A stretch of DNA of 63,649 bases, the filler included, from Trichosphaerium sp. ATCC 40318 (Eukaryota; Protista; Tubulinea), in the NCBI GenBank assembly GCA_038496445.1. It is 3 parts of 3 records of this genome, joined end to end, with 100 filler letters (N's around TTAATTAATTAA, not from the genome) between each part and the next. Parts side by side here need not be neighbours in the genome. Positions count along the whole stretch, not along the records: positions 1 to 17,192 come from JALMLS010000274.1; positions 17,293 to 44,382 come from JALMLS010000028.1; 1 more part is not named here. One strand, written 5' to 3'. Positions within the stretch are counted from its first letter, which is position 1. Every line of letters begins with the position of its first letter. A model generated the notes under the pieces. It did not search any database. It saw only the letters and a program-made list of their open reading frames with translations, and was not told the origin of the DNA. Made by a program: the position numbers and the translations under genes. This document shows, in pieces, positions 10,897 to 23,500 of the stretch.

Positions 10897-11222
10897 ACTC
10901 AGGGATAAGATCACTTGCTGGAGTTCATAGTATTAGCCTTATTGATACTTCAGTAACTAATGAAGGCATTAAAGCACTTGCAGGTGTACATACTATTGAG
11001 CTTGTTAATTGTAATCATATCTCATATGCGGGTGTTAAAGCACTCAAAGGTGTACACACAATTTCTGTTAATCAAGCTGCCGTAACAGATGAAATTTTAG
11101 AAACACTACATCAAGGAGGAGTTTGTTACATTGAAATCTGGCAAGACTATGATGATGAATTTGTTGTATTTGAATCTATAAAGAGGCTAGAAGGAGTAAA
11201 AGTTAAACGGGAGTGTTTGTGA
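10897..11222 (+). pseudogene. 3' part of a 22-aa LRR gene, 5'-truncated at the transposon boundary
   Basis: GIRSLAGVHSISL/TNEGIKALAGVHTIEL repeats, paralogous to 38986-40053. Upstream codons of the ORF look non-coding. Confidence 0.75.
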
Positions 11223-12128
11223 TAAGATAAACTTCCATTGACAATTAAAGACAATCAGTGCTTTGTCTTTGCTATCCGTAATTGTAAAAATAAAGAAAGA
11301 AAAAAACACTCTGTTGTCCCCAGAAAAGTTGCAACAATATATTTCGGCTGTATTAGCTTTGTACACTCAACAATACAATGTATTCATTTGTAAAAGTTTG
11401 ACACGTGACTTATATGGATGGATCTTGATACACAAAAAAGATTGTCAACAAGGTTTTTTGTGTACTAGTATTTGCTTTAGCGGTGACTTGCTTGGAAATC
11501 TACAGATTTTCTACTTTACTTTCTTTTTTATTGCTTTACTGTGGCCAAAGGTGTAATAACATGATTTTCAGAACATTGTAACAATTTTGAATAAATAATC
11601 ACTAAAAACACATGGTCAAGAAAATCAGAATGAGCCAAAGAGGAATTTACTATTCTTGTATGTTCGTTGAGACTTTAAAGGCTAATATGAGCGTATCAGT
11701 TACTCACTAGAAGATAGAAATGCTTGTAAAAAAAGTAGACTTCTCAAAGTAGTTGTAAAGGGGTTGTGGAAGTCTTTTGTAGAGTTCAGAGCAATATATA
11801 CAGAGAAATCAAGTTTAACAGTTCTCACCTTTTTTTCCTCGTTTACTGTTATTCGCTTTGCTGCTTTTACCACCCATATGGTAGTTTTTTGTTTCAGGGG
11901 CCCTTAACCTGTTTTCTTTTAGTTTCAAAGAACAAAACATGCCTTAACAGAGTTCGGAGACTCTGACTTATGACACTAATACCAAGGCGATTAACCTATC
12001 ACGTGATAATCTTAGAAGCTTTAAAACCATGTTACAAGTTAAACCACATGTTTATTACAATACAACTAAACCTGAAAAAGATTTATCAATCCTTTACTTT
12101 CTACTGATCGCCGAATAGTTTCGTGATG

Positions 12129-14404
12129 TCATTTTTCACTGCTTTTCTTTGTATGTTTACTTGATGATTTCTTCCTTGACTTCTTTTTCTTAAGAGTTGA
12201 TTCTGGTTCTGATCTTTCATCTTTGTTGATTGTAGTATTCTTTGTTATTGAAGATATCGGGACCCTCTCGGACGTTGTCAAGGAAACTAGAGGGATAGCG
12301 TTTGACTCAGGTTGTATTGGCTTTTCTTCTGATGACCGTTTATCTGTCAAGATTATCGCTCTTGAGGTTGCCAATGTACTTCGATGAGTACGATTAGCAT
12401 CAACAACAATAGCCTCCAGGCCTGCGGTCATGTCTGTAGGCATAGATCCATCAGAAGATGCTAATGGACCTGGCGGTATAGGTTTTTTATTTTGTCGTCT
12501 TCGGTATCCTCTTTTCTTCCCAATCGATCTCTCAGAATCGATCTCTTTTTTCTTCCTATGCTTTTTTTTTCTTGTTTTTTTCTTTCTTCTTTTACTGCCT
12601 TCACTTGAACTTTGTCGTTTTATTTTACTATCAGTATGATGTATTGGCTTCTCTTCACTATCTTCAGATCTTGATTTTGTGCTTTCGGATTGCTCTGATG
12701 ATGATATCATTGAATAGTTCTCATACGATGAAAGGATACTTGAGTTTACTGATATGTCTTCAACAGCATTATTGAAGCTTGCATGTCTTTTCTTTTTTTT
12801 AATAAACCTTGCTACATCTTCAACAAGCTTGTTTGCAACTTCTATACCTTGTTCATCTTGTTTATCTCTACGACCAATAACAATACCCATTGCACTACCA
12901 ATAGCAAATATATTAAATAAACCTGCAACAGTAACACTTATTGATGTCACCATCTATAACAATTATTAGTCGATTGAGCTTATAGTATAAATTATCGCGC
13001 TGTTGCTTCACCACAAGGCTTTTAAAACCTTTGAATATGAAGGCTACCAATCGACAATTCCAAAAAGTAAAAAAGAAATTAAATGTGGAGACTTTGAACA
13101 AAAATTGTAAGGATAGTAAACGACTGTAGTGGTAAGCGAAAAGTAAGCTTCTGATAAATATTTACACATAAGTACCTCACTAATCCAATGATCTGGTCCG
13201 TATATTCCATATCCAACACCAGCATTCACAAGAACAGTATAGTAGTAAAAAATAACACCTTTAAAAAAAGTAAATGAGTTTGGTTTTTCTTTGTACAAAA
13301 AAGACCTAAACCGTACCTTTCCTCCAGGGTGAGTCAAAAGAACTCACACTTGTGAATTGTGATGGATCAAAAAAATAAAGACCAAGGTATAAACTCGAAA
13401 AAGCAATATCAATCTCTTTAGATCAGTGTAAGCATAAAAAAACAGTTTTTGATTTTGAATTTTGTTTCGGGTACCCAAGTAAGTATCAATGAGTATTACA
13501 ATATCTAGTTGACCTTGGCGTCTCATCCTGTTTAGGACTATATCAAGGCATACCTCTTTAAAAGTAGCATAGCGTCTACGACAAACAAACTGTCAAAAGT
13601 GGAATTTACAACAAATGAAAAAACACATCTTGTAGACTTGTACTTGATACTCTGAATCCACGTGCATTTTAACTATTACTATTCTAATTACGTACCCACT
13701 TCTGTTATATGCGCTGAGATAAAATACAACAGCAACAAGTTGAAAGAGCCAGTTCAAGATATGTATGACACTTACGATGCCAAGGACCAATGATATATAT
13801 TTAGCAGCTAAACTGTCTTCCGCATAGAGCAATGCAATCTGTACAAGGTAAACTATCAAAGCGCCCACCGTTCCAAGGGGTAAATGGAGCTAACACTGGG
13901 ATGAGTTTAACTCGCCAACAGAACATAGAGGTGGTAGTTATAAACCAAACAGTTTCATTGAAAACCGAGAAGAGTTTTCACGTGCAAAGCCCGAAAAACA
14001 AACCCGTTTTAGAATTTTTATTGTAAAACATTTGAACGATATGTTCCGTACGTTAATTATCTTCCAATGCCATAGTTTGAATTTACTTCGACACCATGAG
14101 AGAAATCTTGAATGTATTGGCTTTGTGGCTCTTTTAAAATTTGCTGCATTCGCCAGTACGTCGTCATCTGAGATATCTCTTGGAATTGGAGGCTTTCGCC
14201 TTGTCTAATACGTTTAACGTTAATGCAAAATACAAAAAACGCATAATATTAGCGTAGGCACATTTTAGATCAACAAACATATGACTCCTAACAGTAATCA
14301 CGTGGTCTAAGCTTGTTGATGTTTGGAGGGTAATGAAAAATTACCGTAATGCGTACATTTGTCTTGTTAGGCGTTAATACTGACTCGAGCTGTATTTTTT
14401 CCAT
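12129..14404 (-). CDS. Multi-exon predicted multi-pass membrane protein with a Lys/Ser-rich C-terminal tail
   Basis: Hydrophobic exons (13593-13868, ~13130-13300, start of 12129-12953) followed by a long charged tail. Candidate ATG at 14404; 5' structure approximate. Confidence 0.55.
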
Positions 14405-14811
14405 CAAGCATAAACGAAATGAATGAATGCGTTTCTAAGTCCTGTTTTCGGTTAAGTTATCAGTGAATAGTATTGTAGGTCTGGCAGCTGAATTACAAGT
14501 TGTCAGTGCTGATAAACCACTTGTTATAGCCGTTTACTAAAATAGAAGCAAAAGTTTAAATAATTCTTGTCACGTGCAATTAACCGACACATAAAGAATA
14601 CATAGTTGAAAAAAAGGTGATTATTACACAAGTTGATTAAAGGCTTACAAAAGGGTCCCAAGAGCGCTAATTACTGTACAATAAGCACACGTATGAGGGT
14701 ATTGGTGGTGGGTATAGTATTGCTTTATAACACTTCAAGTACGAAAGCCAGTCGCTAAAGAAAGAGTTGTATCTTCCTTTTTTTTTTTTTTTTGATAAGT
14801 CCGTTAACATG

Positions 14812-14976
14812 CTATTCATCGTATTCTGAAGTACTTTCTTTGTCTTGTAGCTTAAGAGCTTCTAACTCGCTGTTTTGCTTCTGTTTTTGTATGTACACGT
14901 AGTTTTCGTATCCTATATACCCTATAACGCCTAAAAACGCTGTTGTACCTGTTTTACGGTTAGTCTCATTTGACAT
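14812..14976 (-). CDS. Possible small single-TM protein
   Basis: MSNETNRKTGTTAFLGVIGYIGYENYVYIQKQKQ... Plausible composition only. Confidence 0.3.
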   Translation of the reverse strand: MSNETNRKTGTTAFLGVIGYIGYENYVYIQKQKQNSELEALKLQDKESTSEYDE

Positions 14977-15413
14977 TTTGTAAAAATGTCTTAAGACGTG
15001 CCTAGAATACTCATTACGCGCCAAAATGGCGATTGCCGTATAAAGAGCTCTGGGTTCATTATTCTAAAAATCGGTGAAGACCTCATTTGCCCTGTTTTTG
15101 GGTCACTAGGTCTTTATTTAGCTTGGAAATAGTAATAGAACGTACTAGAGTGGGTCAACCCAGTTTTTTTCCTTTTTACCTCCCTTGGACATATTTTATG
15201 TGATATTACGCCTTAAGCGTATGACACTCGTACGTTACGCCAGTTCTTTGTAGTTTTAGTGACTTTAATACAACCAGCAGTCAACGGCGGTTCACAAAAC
15301 GTTAAGTACTTCGTACGACACCTCAACGCTTGACGTAAAGTCGAACATTGATTTGTAGGCCATTAAAGCTCGTTTAGGCTCAAACCACCAAATAGTCAGC
15401 TGATTTACATCAA

Positions 15414-16395
15414 ATGTCACTTGTGCTACTCCCTCTTGAGCTACAGCTTACCATATGCGAGTTTAGCCCTGATATTTATAAAAATTGGCCACTGCTCTCT
15501 CGTGATGCTGTTAGCATTAGATTTAATGATTCCTTTCAAAAACACGGTCGCTGGCTAGCTTTCAAAGGTCAAAAATGTTTAAAGAAGCAAGTTTGGGAGA
15601 ACGGAAAAAGGCATGGAGTGTTTAAAGAGTGGCACGAAAATGGCCATTTACAAAGGTAAGTAGAATGTCAATAATCACACGTGGTAAAATTAAAATAACT
15701 TTGGACATCGTCACGTGTTCAAAAATATGAAAACAATTTTATCAAAAAATTCTGGGCACAGAAAACGTGTTTCAGACTCTATGCTTCTTGAAGAAGCATA
15801 AAAACGTCACGACTTTTTGTGTTGGACACAATGATAATATTCAGTTGCAACACGTCAAAATTGCATTTTAAAAAAGTTCGTGGCTAAACACCATGAACTA
15901 TTGTGTTGAACCAAAGTAGCCTTCTTAACTTTGATAACATGATAAGTTTCCTTTTGCTACAGCGCTCTCAAGAGTTTTGAATAATGAAAAGCCCCTGACG
16001 GCTGTTGTAGAAAGTATCGAAAGTAGTGGAAACTATCATGTTATCAAAGTTATTTGTGTACTTTGTTGTAACACACAATAATCTCCTTGTGAAACTTGTT
16101 TTTTTGAAAAACAGGTTTTTTTTTTGATTGTTTTTTTTGCAGGTGTGATCATTATGAGAATGATTGTAAACATGGAGAAAGTACTACATGGTTCAGTGGA
16201 GGTCAAATAAAATATCTTTGTTTTTTCAAAGAAGGTTCACTTGAAGGAGAGTATACTTGTTATTACGGTACAGGGCAACCCAAATATAAGTGTTTTTACA
16301 AAGATGGTAAAAGACATGGTGATTACATTTGTTGGTTTGCTGATGGTAAGATATGTGTCAGTCATAAATACAACCAAGGAACTATTGTAGAGTAA
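15414..16395 (+). CDS. F-box-like plus MORN-variant repeat protein, 2 exons
   Basis: Exon 1 15414-15655 (LLPLELQLTICEF; WENGKRHGVFKEWHENG). Intron 15656-16142 is GT-AG. Exon 2 reads CDHYENDCKHGESTTWFSGGQ..FKEGSLEGEYTCYYGTGQ..YKDGKRHGDYICWFADG..*. Confidence 0.85.
15899..16080. repeat. Intronic long inverted repeat (MITE-like relic)
   Basis: TAACTTTGATAACATGATAAGTTTCC (15926-15951) pairs with GGAAACTATCATGTTATCAAAGTTA (16028-16052). Outer arms TATTGTGTT..CAAAGTA / TACTTTG..ACACAATA. Confidence 0.75.
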
Positions 16396-17192
16396 CTGCA
16401 GCATGAAAAATGCAAAAAATGAAAAACTGTAAAATAAATAGAAGGACCCTAGGCCACACGATCATAATTCTAGCTTACAAGATTTTCCACTTATCTTAAT
16501 CTAAAATGTCAGCAAAACTAACTTGTACAATAACAACAAAACATCTCTTTAATCCACAACAATTAACATCATGATCAGAAGTCTGTTTACTATAAACTAC
16601 CACATATTTATTTGTCAAGGTGCAGTTAAGCCTGTATTTTGGGCTTACTTCGATTGAGGAGCCGTTTAACAGGCCGTTTAGGTACATGCTACAATTAATG
16701 TACAATGCTGTATAACTGTGTGATATACATGTATTTTCTAGAGTTCCTGTTATCGGATCTAGATAATCCTACGGATTTGACACTTTTTACAAACTAGCAA
16801 TGCAACTCAACAACAATGCAAAACAAAATGGTACGTTTTTATCAAATACAAATCAAGCTGGCGTAAAACAACCTTGGCCACCACATAGCCTAGATAAAGT
16901 GGTCTTTAGAAAAGGGATCAATTGTAACCAATTAGGTTGTGTCTTTGTCCGTTGACCACCTAACTCCTTAGTAAGAAGAAAAAAAAAACTAACAAAATGC
17001 CACTTACTTTGTAATGTTCCAAAATTTCCCCGTTTCTCTCGCGCACGACTTCTTCGGTTTTGACGCCATTTTTTGTTTCGACTGTTGTTGTTATTTTCTC
17101 CCCTAAAACAAAAAAAGTCAACAAAGGCAAACATAGCACGCTGAGGTAAACTAAAAACCAAAGATCAAAAGTATTTTTCATCGAAAAAAAAA

Positions 17193-17292
17193 NNNNNNNN
17201 NNNNNNNNNNNNNNNNNNNNNNNNNNNNNNNNNNNNTTAATTAATTAANNNNNNNNNNNNNNNNNNNNNNNNNNNNNNNNNNNNNNNNNNNN
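17193..17292. other. Assembly gap/linker (N-run with TTAATTAATTAA)
   Basis: 100-nt N block with a central six-frame stop linker; identical at 44383. Confidence 0.98.
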
Positions 17293-17777
17293 TTGGCGGG
17301 TAAGTTTTTTTTGAAACGTACGAACAGTAGTGATGATGCCAGGGCATTGTAAAACCCTGCTTGTCTTTTTTTATCTGAATTTCAAGTTTTTTTTTTAGTT
17401 TTTCTACCATCTACGGAGTCAGTGTTTTCGTATGTTGTAAAGCGTACTTTAAATTCCCCATCTTCTTGGCTTTTCGCTACAGCATTATCACCCACTTGAT
17501 AGGAAAGAACTGACCGGAAAAGGAAAGTTCGATACTGCAAAGACGCACGTGTTTCCAAAAAAAACAAAATAAGAGAAAACGTAATAACAATAAAACTATA
17601 GTACTGTATTTATAATAATGATCTAGAACAATGTTGTTTATGTCACTAATCATTGATGTATACAAAGCAGGTATTATTTACAATTTTTTTTTGTTTTTGA
17701 ATAAAAAGTCACTCAATTGGCCCTTGTTTGTCTGCACTCGTATTTGACAGACACTTTTATGAAACGGCGTACTTCCT

Positions 17778-18569
17778 TTAGTAGAAACTCGTTTGAGTTC
17801 TGTCGTTCCTCATTTCAGAATCGTCAATCTCACTTTTCGTGTTTTGTTCATCAAAATTTTCGCGAAAGAATTTTAAGCTTTCTAAGCCTGTTTCTTCTTT
17901 TTTAGCAGGTGCAAGGCTGAATACATTATCCCAACCACGACGAGCGACATCTGTGTACTAAAAATATAGAAATCAGAAAAGGGAGTAAAGAGCAACCCTG
18001 AAAACGAAAAAACATTGTTTTTTTTCGGAATTTTCGGGAAAGCTAAAAAATTTCTTTGATTGGTTTCTGTAATGAAGAAAACCCGCTTGAAAATTACGTG
18101 ATATCAATCATGCGCGTGCGATGGCGTAAAGTCAGAAAAAAAATAAAAAAGGCCTAGTTGTTTGCCCGTTGTCCGGATACGTACCACGCCTGTGGCGACA
18201 AGTGCTACAGCGCCAAGGAATTGTATGCGAGGACGCCAGCTCAATACGTAGTTACTTCTAGCTTCGTTATGGCCAATTGAGGCTATCATACCCCATAAAA
18301 TAGTGCCAGCTAACGCAGGTACAACTAGGATGAATTTAGTTTTATATTGCGCCATTTCTTGCGTACGGATAAACCCAATGGTCGTTGTTTGAAATACCTT
18401 GTTGAATGCTTTTTGTAGACGGGTTTCACTTGTTTTTTCATGCCTGATTGTGTTAGTGACATTCTTATCGCTTATTACGTTACCTATCTTGCTCCCAGTT
18501 CATCCTACGAAAAGCCATGCGCTCTTCCTCTGAAAAACCATCACTTCCTTCTGTATTACCGTTTTGCAT
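17778..18569 (-). CDS. HIG1/Rcf1-like small mitochondrial membrane protein (multi-exon)
   Basis: FILVVPALAGTILWGMIASIGHNEARSNYVLSWRPRIQFLGAVALVATG resembles the HIG1 two-TM pattern (S-x-x-x-M/L-x-x-R-x-x-x-Q). Flanking exons are bounded by GT-AG. Confidence 0.55.
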
Positions 18570-20563
18570 GATTTCTGTATCCTTGTAGTGCGTTGTAGGC
18601 AGTATTTATAAGATTATGACGAGTTTAAGCAGTGTAATCATTCATTTTAAGCGAAAGCTTTCTTACACGCCTCCCAATAATAAAATCATTAATTAGGCAA
18701 TTCTTCCGCGGATAGCCAGTGGTAATCCACTACATGAGCACCCTATTTTTGTAATGTGGCGGATAACATGTTATGACACGCGCTTCGAAAGTCACGAATT
18801 CGTTATACGAGGTGTAATACAGTTGGTGATCAGTAGTCAGACGAACCAGATGTCGTATTTATGGTGTAGTTCAGAAAATGATGAGTTCAACTTAGCTATT
18901 TACAAAAAGTTTGCACCTCTTATAAAGGTACAGTAAACATCCGAATACTTTCGTATTAACATCTTGTATCAAACTCAGCGAATTATGTTATCAGTGTACA
19001 TGATTGTCGCGGTACAAGCGTGAATTACGTTTTTTTGATGCAGTTGCTCTTGTTCTGTAGCAAGTGCTCCTGTGTCACAGGGCCGTTGTACCTGCCTTCA
19101 ATATACCCTTGCGTGGAATTCCTGTAGGTATGAGCGTTTAACTTTGTAACGGCGGACTACAAATGACTGATTGTTAAGTTTTTACTAAACAAAGGGACAA
19201 AATGTTCCCCACTTAAGTCAACGCTCAAACTTTTTAACGGACTATTTAGCGACGTAAAGTATTCATGTATTGGGGTGCGTCGCCCGAAATTAGACGAAAC
19301 AATAGAAATGATTGGGTGTTTGCCCCAAAACGTGTTCTTTTTCTGTGTACAAACAAGTAATTTAAAATACTGCTATCGTGTTTCACAGGCACCTGTACTT
19401 CTAACTTTAAAGGTTTTTTTCATCTTTATTTTCAGTTTTTAAGCCAAAAATCTTTTTCAGCCTGTCATTAAATTTCCTCGTACGCGTTAAAAGCCCCAAC
19501 TTAGTATGATTTAAACGACATTCGTGTGCACATTTTTATAAAGTAAGAGCAACGGAGGTTAGACTTGGGTCGAGAATGAAGGTTAAATAATAAAAAACTA
19601 CAAAGTATCGTAAAAAAAACCGTCCCTACTTCAGGAGTTTGCTTGCCGGTTTTTGCAGCGTTAAAATTATTGAGGCGATAAAAACGAAAAACCAGCATCT
19701 CGTACTCTGTTATGAGTTTTTCTTGCGCAACCGACGGACACCTTTAAGTCAAGGTTAGCCACAAGCCTAGCACTTGCCGGAGCAGAGAATCATCTCGACT
19801 GAAAAACGTACGTAACCAAATCTGCCACCTACTATCCTGGATAGCTTTATAAATTGCTCCAACGTTGTTTTATGCTGCTTTCAACAGTAATAAGGCAATT
19901 GTTTGCGTGTTGTGTTGAGTTATGCTTAAAAACCGCGTTTCACATTTGAGGGTAGGGCTGTAATGCTCAACTACGGTTAGTTGCACCCTTACTAACCCCC
20001 ACCTGTAGGCATTGGAATTAGATCAAAGCTTAAACCAACCACGAACGTGCAAGTACTAGTAAGCACCTTTGAACCGAAATATCGTCGTTTAGAAAAAAAT
20101 TATGTACATCACTTCTTGTGTTGCCCCATATTTTACGCATCGTCGAGATATATCTCTTAGTTGCTCTACGAGGCCATCGCAAACGTTTTTTGACTATTTC
20201 TGCTTCTTCGTTTAGAACACGAAAGTAATACTTCCTATTAGGTACAATTACAGAGTAATAGAAGCACCTCTAAAGCATAGTAACCCAAGCACTAAAGTAA
20301 GCAATCATACTACTAAACATGAGACTCTGAAAAAACAAATCACTTTTTATTGCTTTTTCCCGAATTTATCACCAAACGATTACTTGTTTTTGTTATTTTT
20401 CTTCGCGACTTTCTCCAAGAAATTCATTTGTGAAGTTTGCTTATTGTTCACCTGAAGCACACCTTTTTTTTTGCAAAAAATCCGAACGGAAGTAAAAGAT
20501 TCAAAGATTGTCTAATTGAAAAAGTCTAGAGTAAGAAGATTATTTTCCAAAAACAAAAAAAAA

Positions 20564-23500
20564 ATGTCGAGTGAAATAAAACCAAAAGACGAAATTGATG
20601 ACACCTTACCCAAGAGTACTCCTGAAACAATGGAAACGGAGAAGAACGTTGATACAATCATAGAGAATAAGAAAGTACGGTTAATTTTTTTGTGTACACG
20701 TGTTAGATAACACAAACAATCAGTCTGCATTTTTCTTTTTAGCAAGTATCGAAAACAGCGTTTTCCAAAAACTCTTTTCATTCCAACAACGCCTTTTTTA
20801 TTTTTGGACGGAGACAGTGTTTGCATTTTCTCGTTCCACATTCTATTCAATTTTGGGTTGTTGCAAAACACGTGTTAATAAGAATTATGTTGACTTGCTG
20901 TTTTGGCCGTTTTTTTGATTTTTTTTTCGGTTCCCTACAAAAACCCACAAAGTGCAAAACAGCTGTTTGGTATCATCTACAATTACTTTATCCCTCAATG
21001 ATTATAACCAATACTATAGAGCGTCGAAAACGAGCCTGAAGCGTCTTTACCAAACAATAACGCTCAAATCGAGGAAATTGATGCAATGCAAGTCGATTCA
21101 GCTATGGAGAGTAAGCAATCAGACGTACAAGCCGAAACAGGCAGTGAAGACAAGACTTCAACTGAGAACGATGGTAAAAAAGCGAATAAGCCTAAATCTC
21201 CCAAAGACGTTGCTGAACCTGATAAAGATGTAGCGGAGGTACTAAAACCTTGTTTTATTGAAAACGTGCTAATACGAACACATTTACCAAAAAGGTTTTG
21301 GTTTTTGTTTTATCCTTTTTTTGTATCTTTGGATCTTTTTCTGAAAGTACTGGTTTAGGAGGAAAGTGCGAACACGGAGAGCTCTCAAAAGAAGACAACA
21401 CCTCAAGAAACTAATGATAATGAAATGGACACAAGTAAAGGTGTTGGTGATGCTGATGTATCAATGGCGGAAGCCAAGGATAAAGAAACAGCTTCGGATC
21501 TTGGTACTTTTTTATTGGACAACAAACGCGTTTCTTTGTACTGACTGTTTTTTTTTCAGAGAGTCAAGACGATGATAAAAAGGAAACCACAGATGAATCT
21601 TCATCAACTACGTTAGGTAAGAGAAAAAGAGATGGCGAAGAAGAGCCAAAAAAGAAGCGACATAAGAGAGCACCAAAACCTTATATTGCTACCACGAATA
21701 TGAATCCGGAAGAGCTTGAGTCTACACAAAAGGTACTTCTTTAGTATCATTACCTTATCTATCTGTTATTCTAACATAATTGGAAGGACGCTGAGAGAAG
21801 AGAGATTGCTGAAGACGATATCTCTAAAACGCTAATCATTAAAGGTAAATTTTATCCCAAAAGTTTTTGTGATATAAGTTTGACTTCGAAGATCATCATG
21901 CTTATCTTCCTCACTGCTTAATCGTTTTGAATTACCTTCAATCCGTTAATTTCGATTCAAGGATTGTACAGAGAGCTCGGAGAAACAAGACCAAATCGTG
22001 AGCTTATGAAGTTGCTAAACGACAAATTTCATATTTTACCAGCTATTTTACAACGTTTCCATAAACGGTGCGTATCTCTGATTATGCTTCACTAAACTCA
22101 CATAATTTTAAGTGATGATTTATGGAGAATCACTCTAAGGTCGGATGATGACTTGGCGAAACTTGTTGGAAAAACCGTTGACCTTAACTTGAAGGCTAAA
22201 AAGAAGAATTCTACAGACAAGAGCGTTGTAATAGACTTTGATGTTCCACTTACACAAAGAAAAGCACATGCTAAGATCTACAAACGAAGTACTTCAATAA
22301 CACGCAATTTATTGCTTCTTCTTACGTGCTTCTGTAGACTTAAGTACTGGTGGTAACAATTCAATGGATGATGCAGAACCGCCATCTAATTATGCTTGTT
22401 ATTGTAACTCAACTGAAGAAACACCTTTAACGAGTCCATCGGATCTACGATCTGTAGATTTACGTTGTGGTGGTTGCAAAAAGTTCTTTCATCAGAAGTA
22501 CGTGTACCTATTAATATTAATTTATTTTTTGCACGTGGATTTTTTTTTAATCACGTGTTTTAGATGCTTGAAAATAAAAATCAAAAATCCGCCATTACCT
22601 GGTGATTGGAACTACTTGTTCTATTGTAGAAGATGTCATAAGGTAGGGTCTACAGAGGAGAGCTTCCAATTTCAAGGAAAAGATAACTCAGATGTGTACA
22701 TTATTGTGCTATATAACCTATACCTCTTGTCAAAGATGCAAGGTACCTGTCATAGTAAACGTGCTGCGAATTCATATTAAACTTCTCTGACAGGTTGTCA
22801 AAAGACTCTCTTTCATATCTGTGCAATGAACCAGTTTATTGATAAGTATTGGAATCAATTACACTCATGGAAAGTGAGCCAAAAAGATATGCATAAAGTG
22901 AGTCTTACAGATTTACGACGATTCCCAGAAGTACGTTTTATTTTTATCGATAAAACCGAAAAAAGTGAGCTCACAGATCAACTAAAGGTCTTTACAAACG
23001 GACACTCACGAGATGACTGTGATGATTGGTGGGGACTTCGTGATTACTCAAATCCTCTGATTGATAACTTTCCAATCATTAGAAGTCGAAGAAGGTAACT
23101 AACTTACTATGTCCAATCACATCTTTCTTGTTTTGATTTTTGCTCTTTTGGTTGAAGAAGAATCATCCTATAATTTGTTCCTCAAAAACACAAGCTAATC
23201 TCGGTTGTGGAGGACTTTTTATTTCATAATTTACAAACATGATAAAAAACGTTGACGGCTTTGAATTTTTGCGAGATTTCCAGGGTTTTATTTCATTTCT
23301 AATCAACCTTGTTGTAATGGAAGACCCTTTTTATTTATCATTTTCGTATTCGAACGTACCTGACTATGTTCGTAGCCGTCGTAAGCGTAAACCAAGTACA
23401 GATACATATACAAATAGTCCAGCGCTTCAACGTAAGAAGAAACTATCCAAGTCAGACTTAGCAGCGCAGTACGTTAAGAATTCACGTTTTTGATGCGGTT

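Larger units (their letters stand above)
258..10900. mobile_element. Large two-gene Sola-like DNA transposon (left terminus not visible; right boundary approx. 10890-10900)
   Basis: Contains a Sola1-type transposase and a convergent second gene, both with the same intronic palindrome arrays. About 150 bp beyond the transposase ATG the sequence switches into the middle of a 5'-truncated LRR gene (DSGIRSLAGVH). TIR and TSD cannot be confirmed because the other end is missing. Confidence 0.6.

Noticed and set aside
10898-10900. CTC end read as a Sola2/Sola3 terminus
   Set aside because: The transposase motifs look Sola1-like and the GAC-TCA codons also fit the LRR consensus, so the exact terminus is unresolved.
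17193-17292. TTAATTAATTAA palindromes within N runs (also 44383-44482)
   Set aside because: Artificial scaffold linker; adjacency across these gaps is not guaranteed.
16853-17560. Exon TTTVETKNGVKTEEVVRERNGEILEHYK resembling a DNAJB6-like C-terminus
   Set aside because: Fragment next to an assembly gap, with no J-domain visible.
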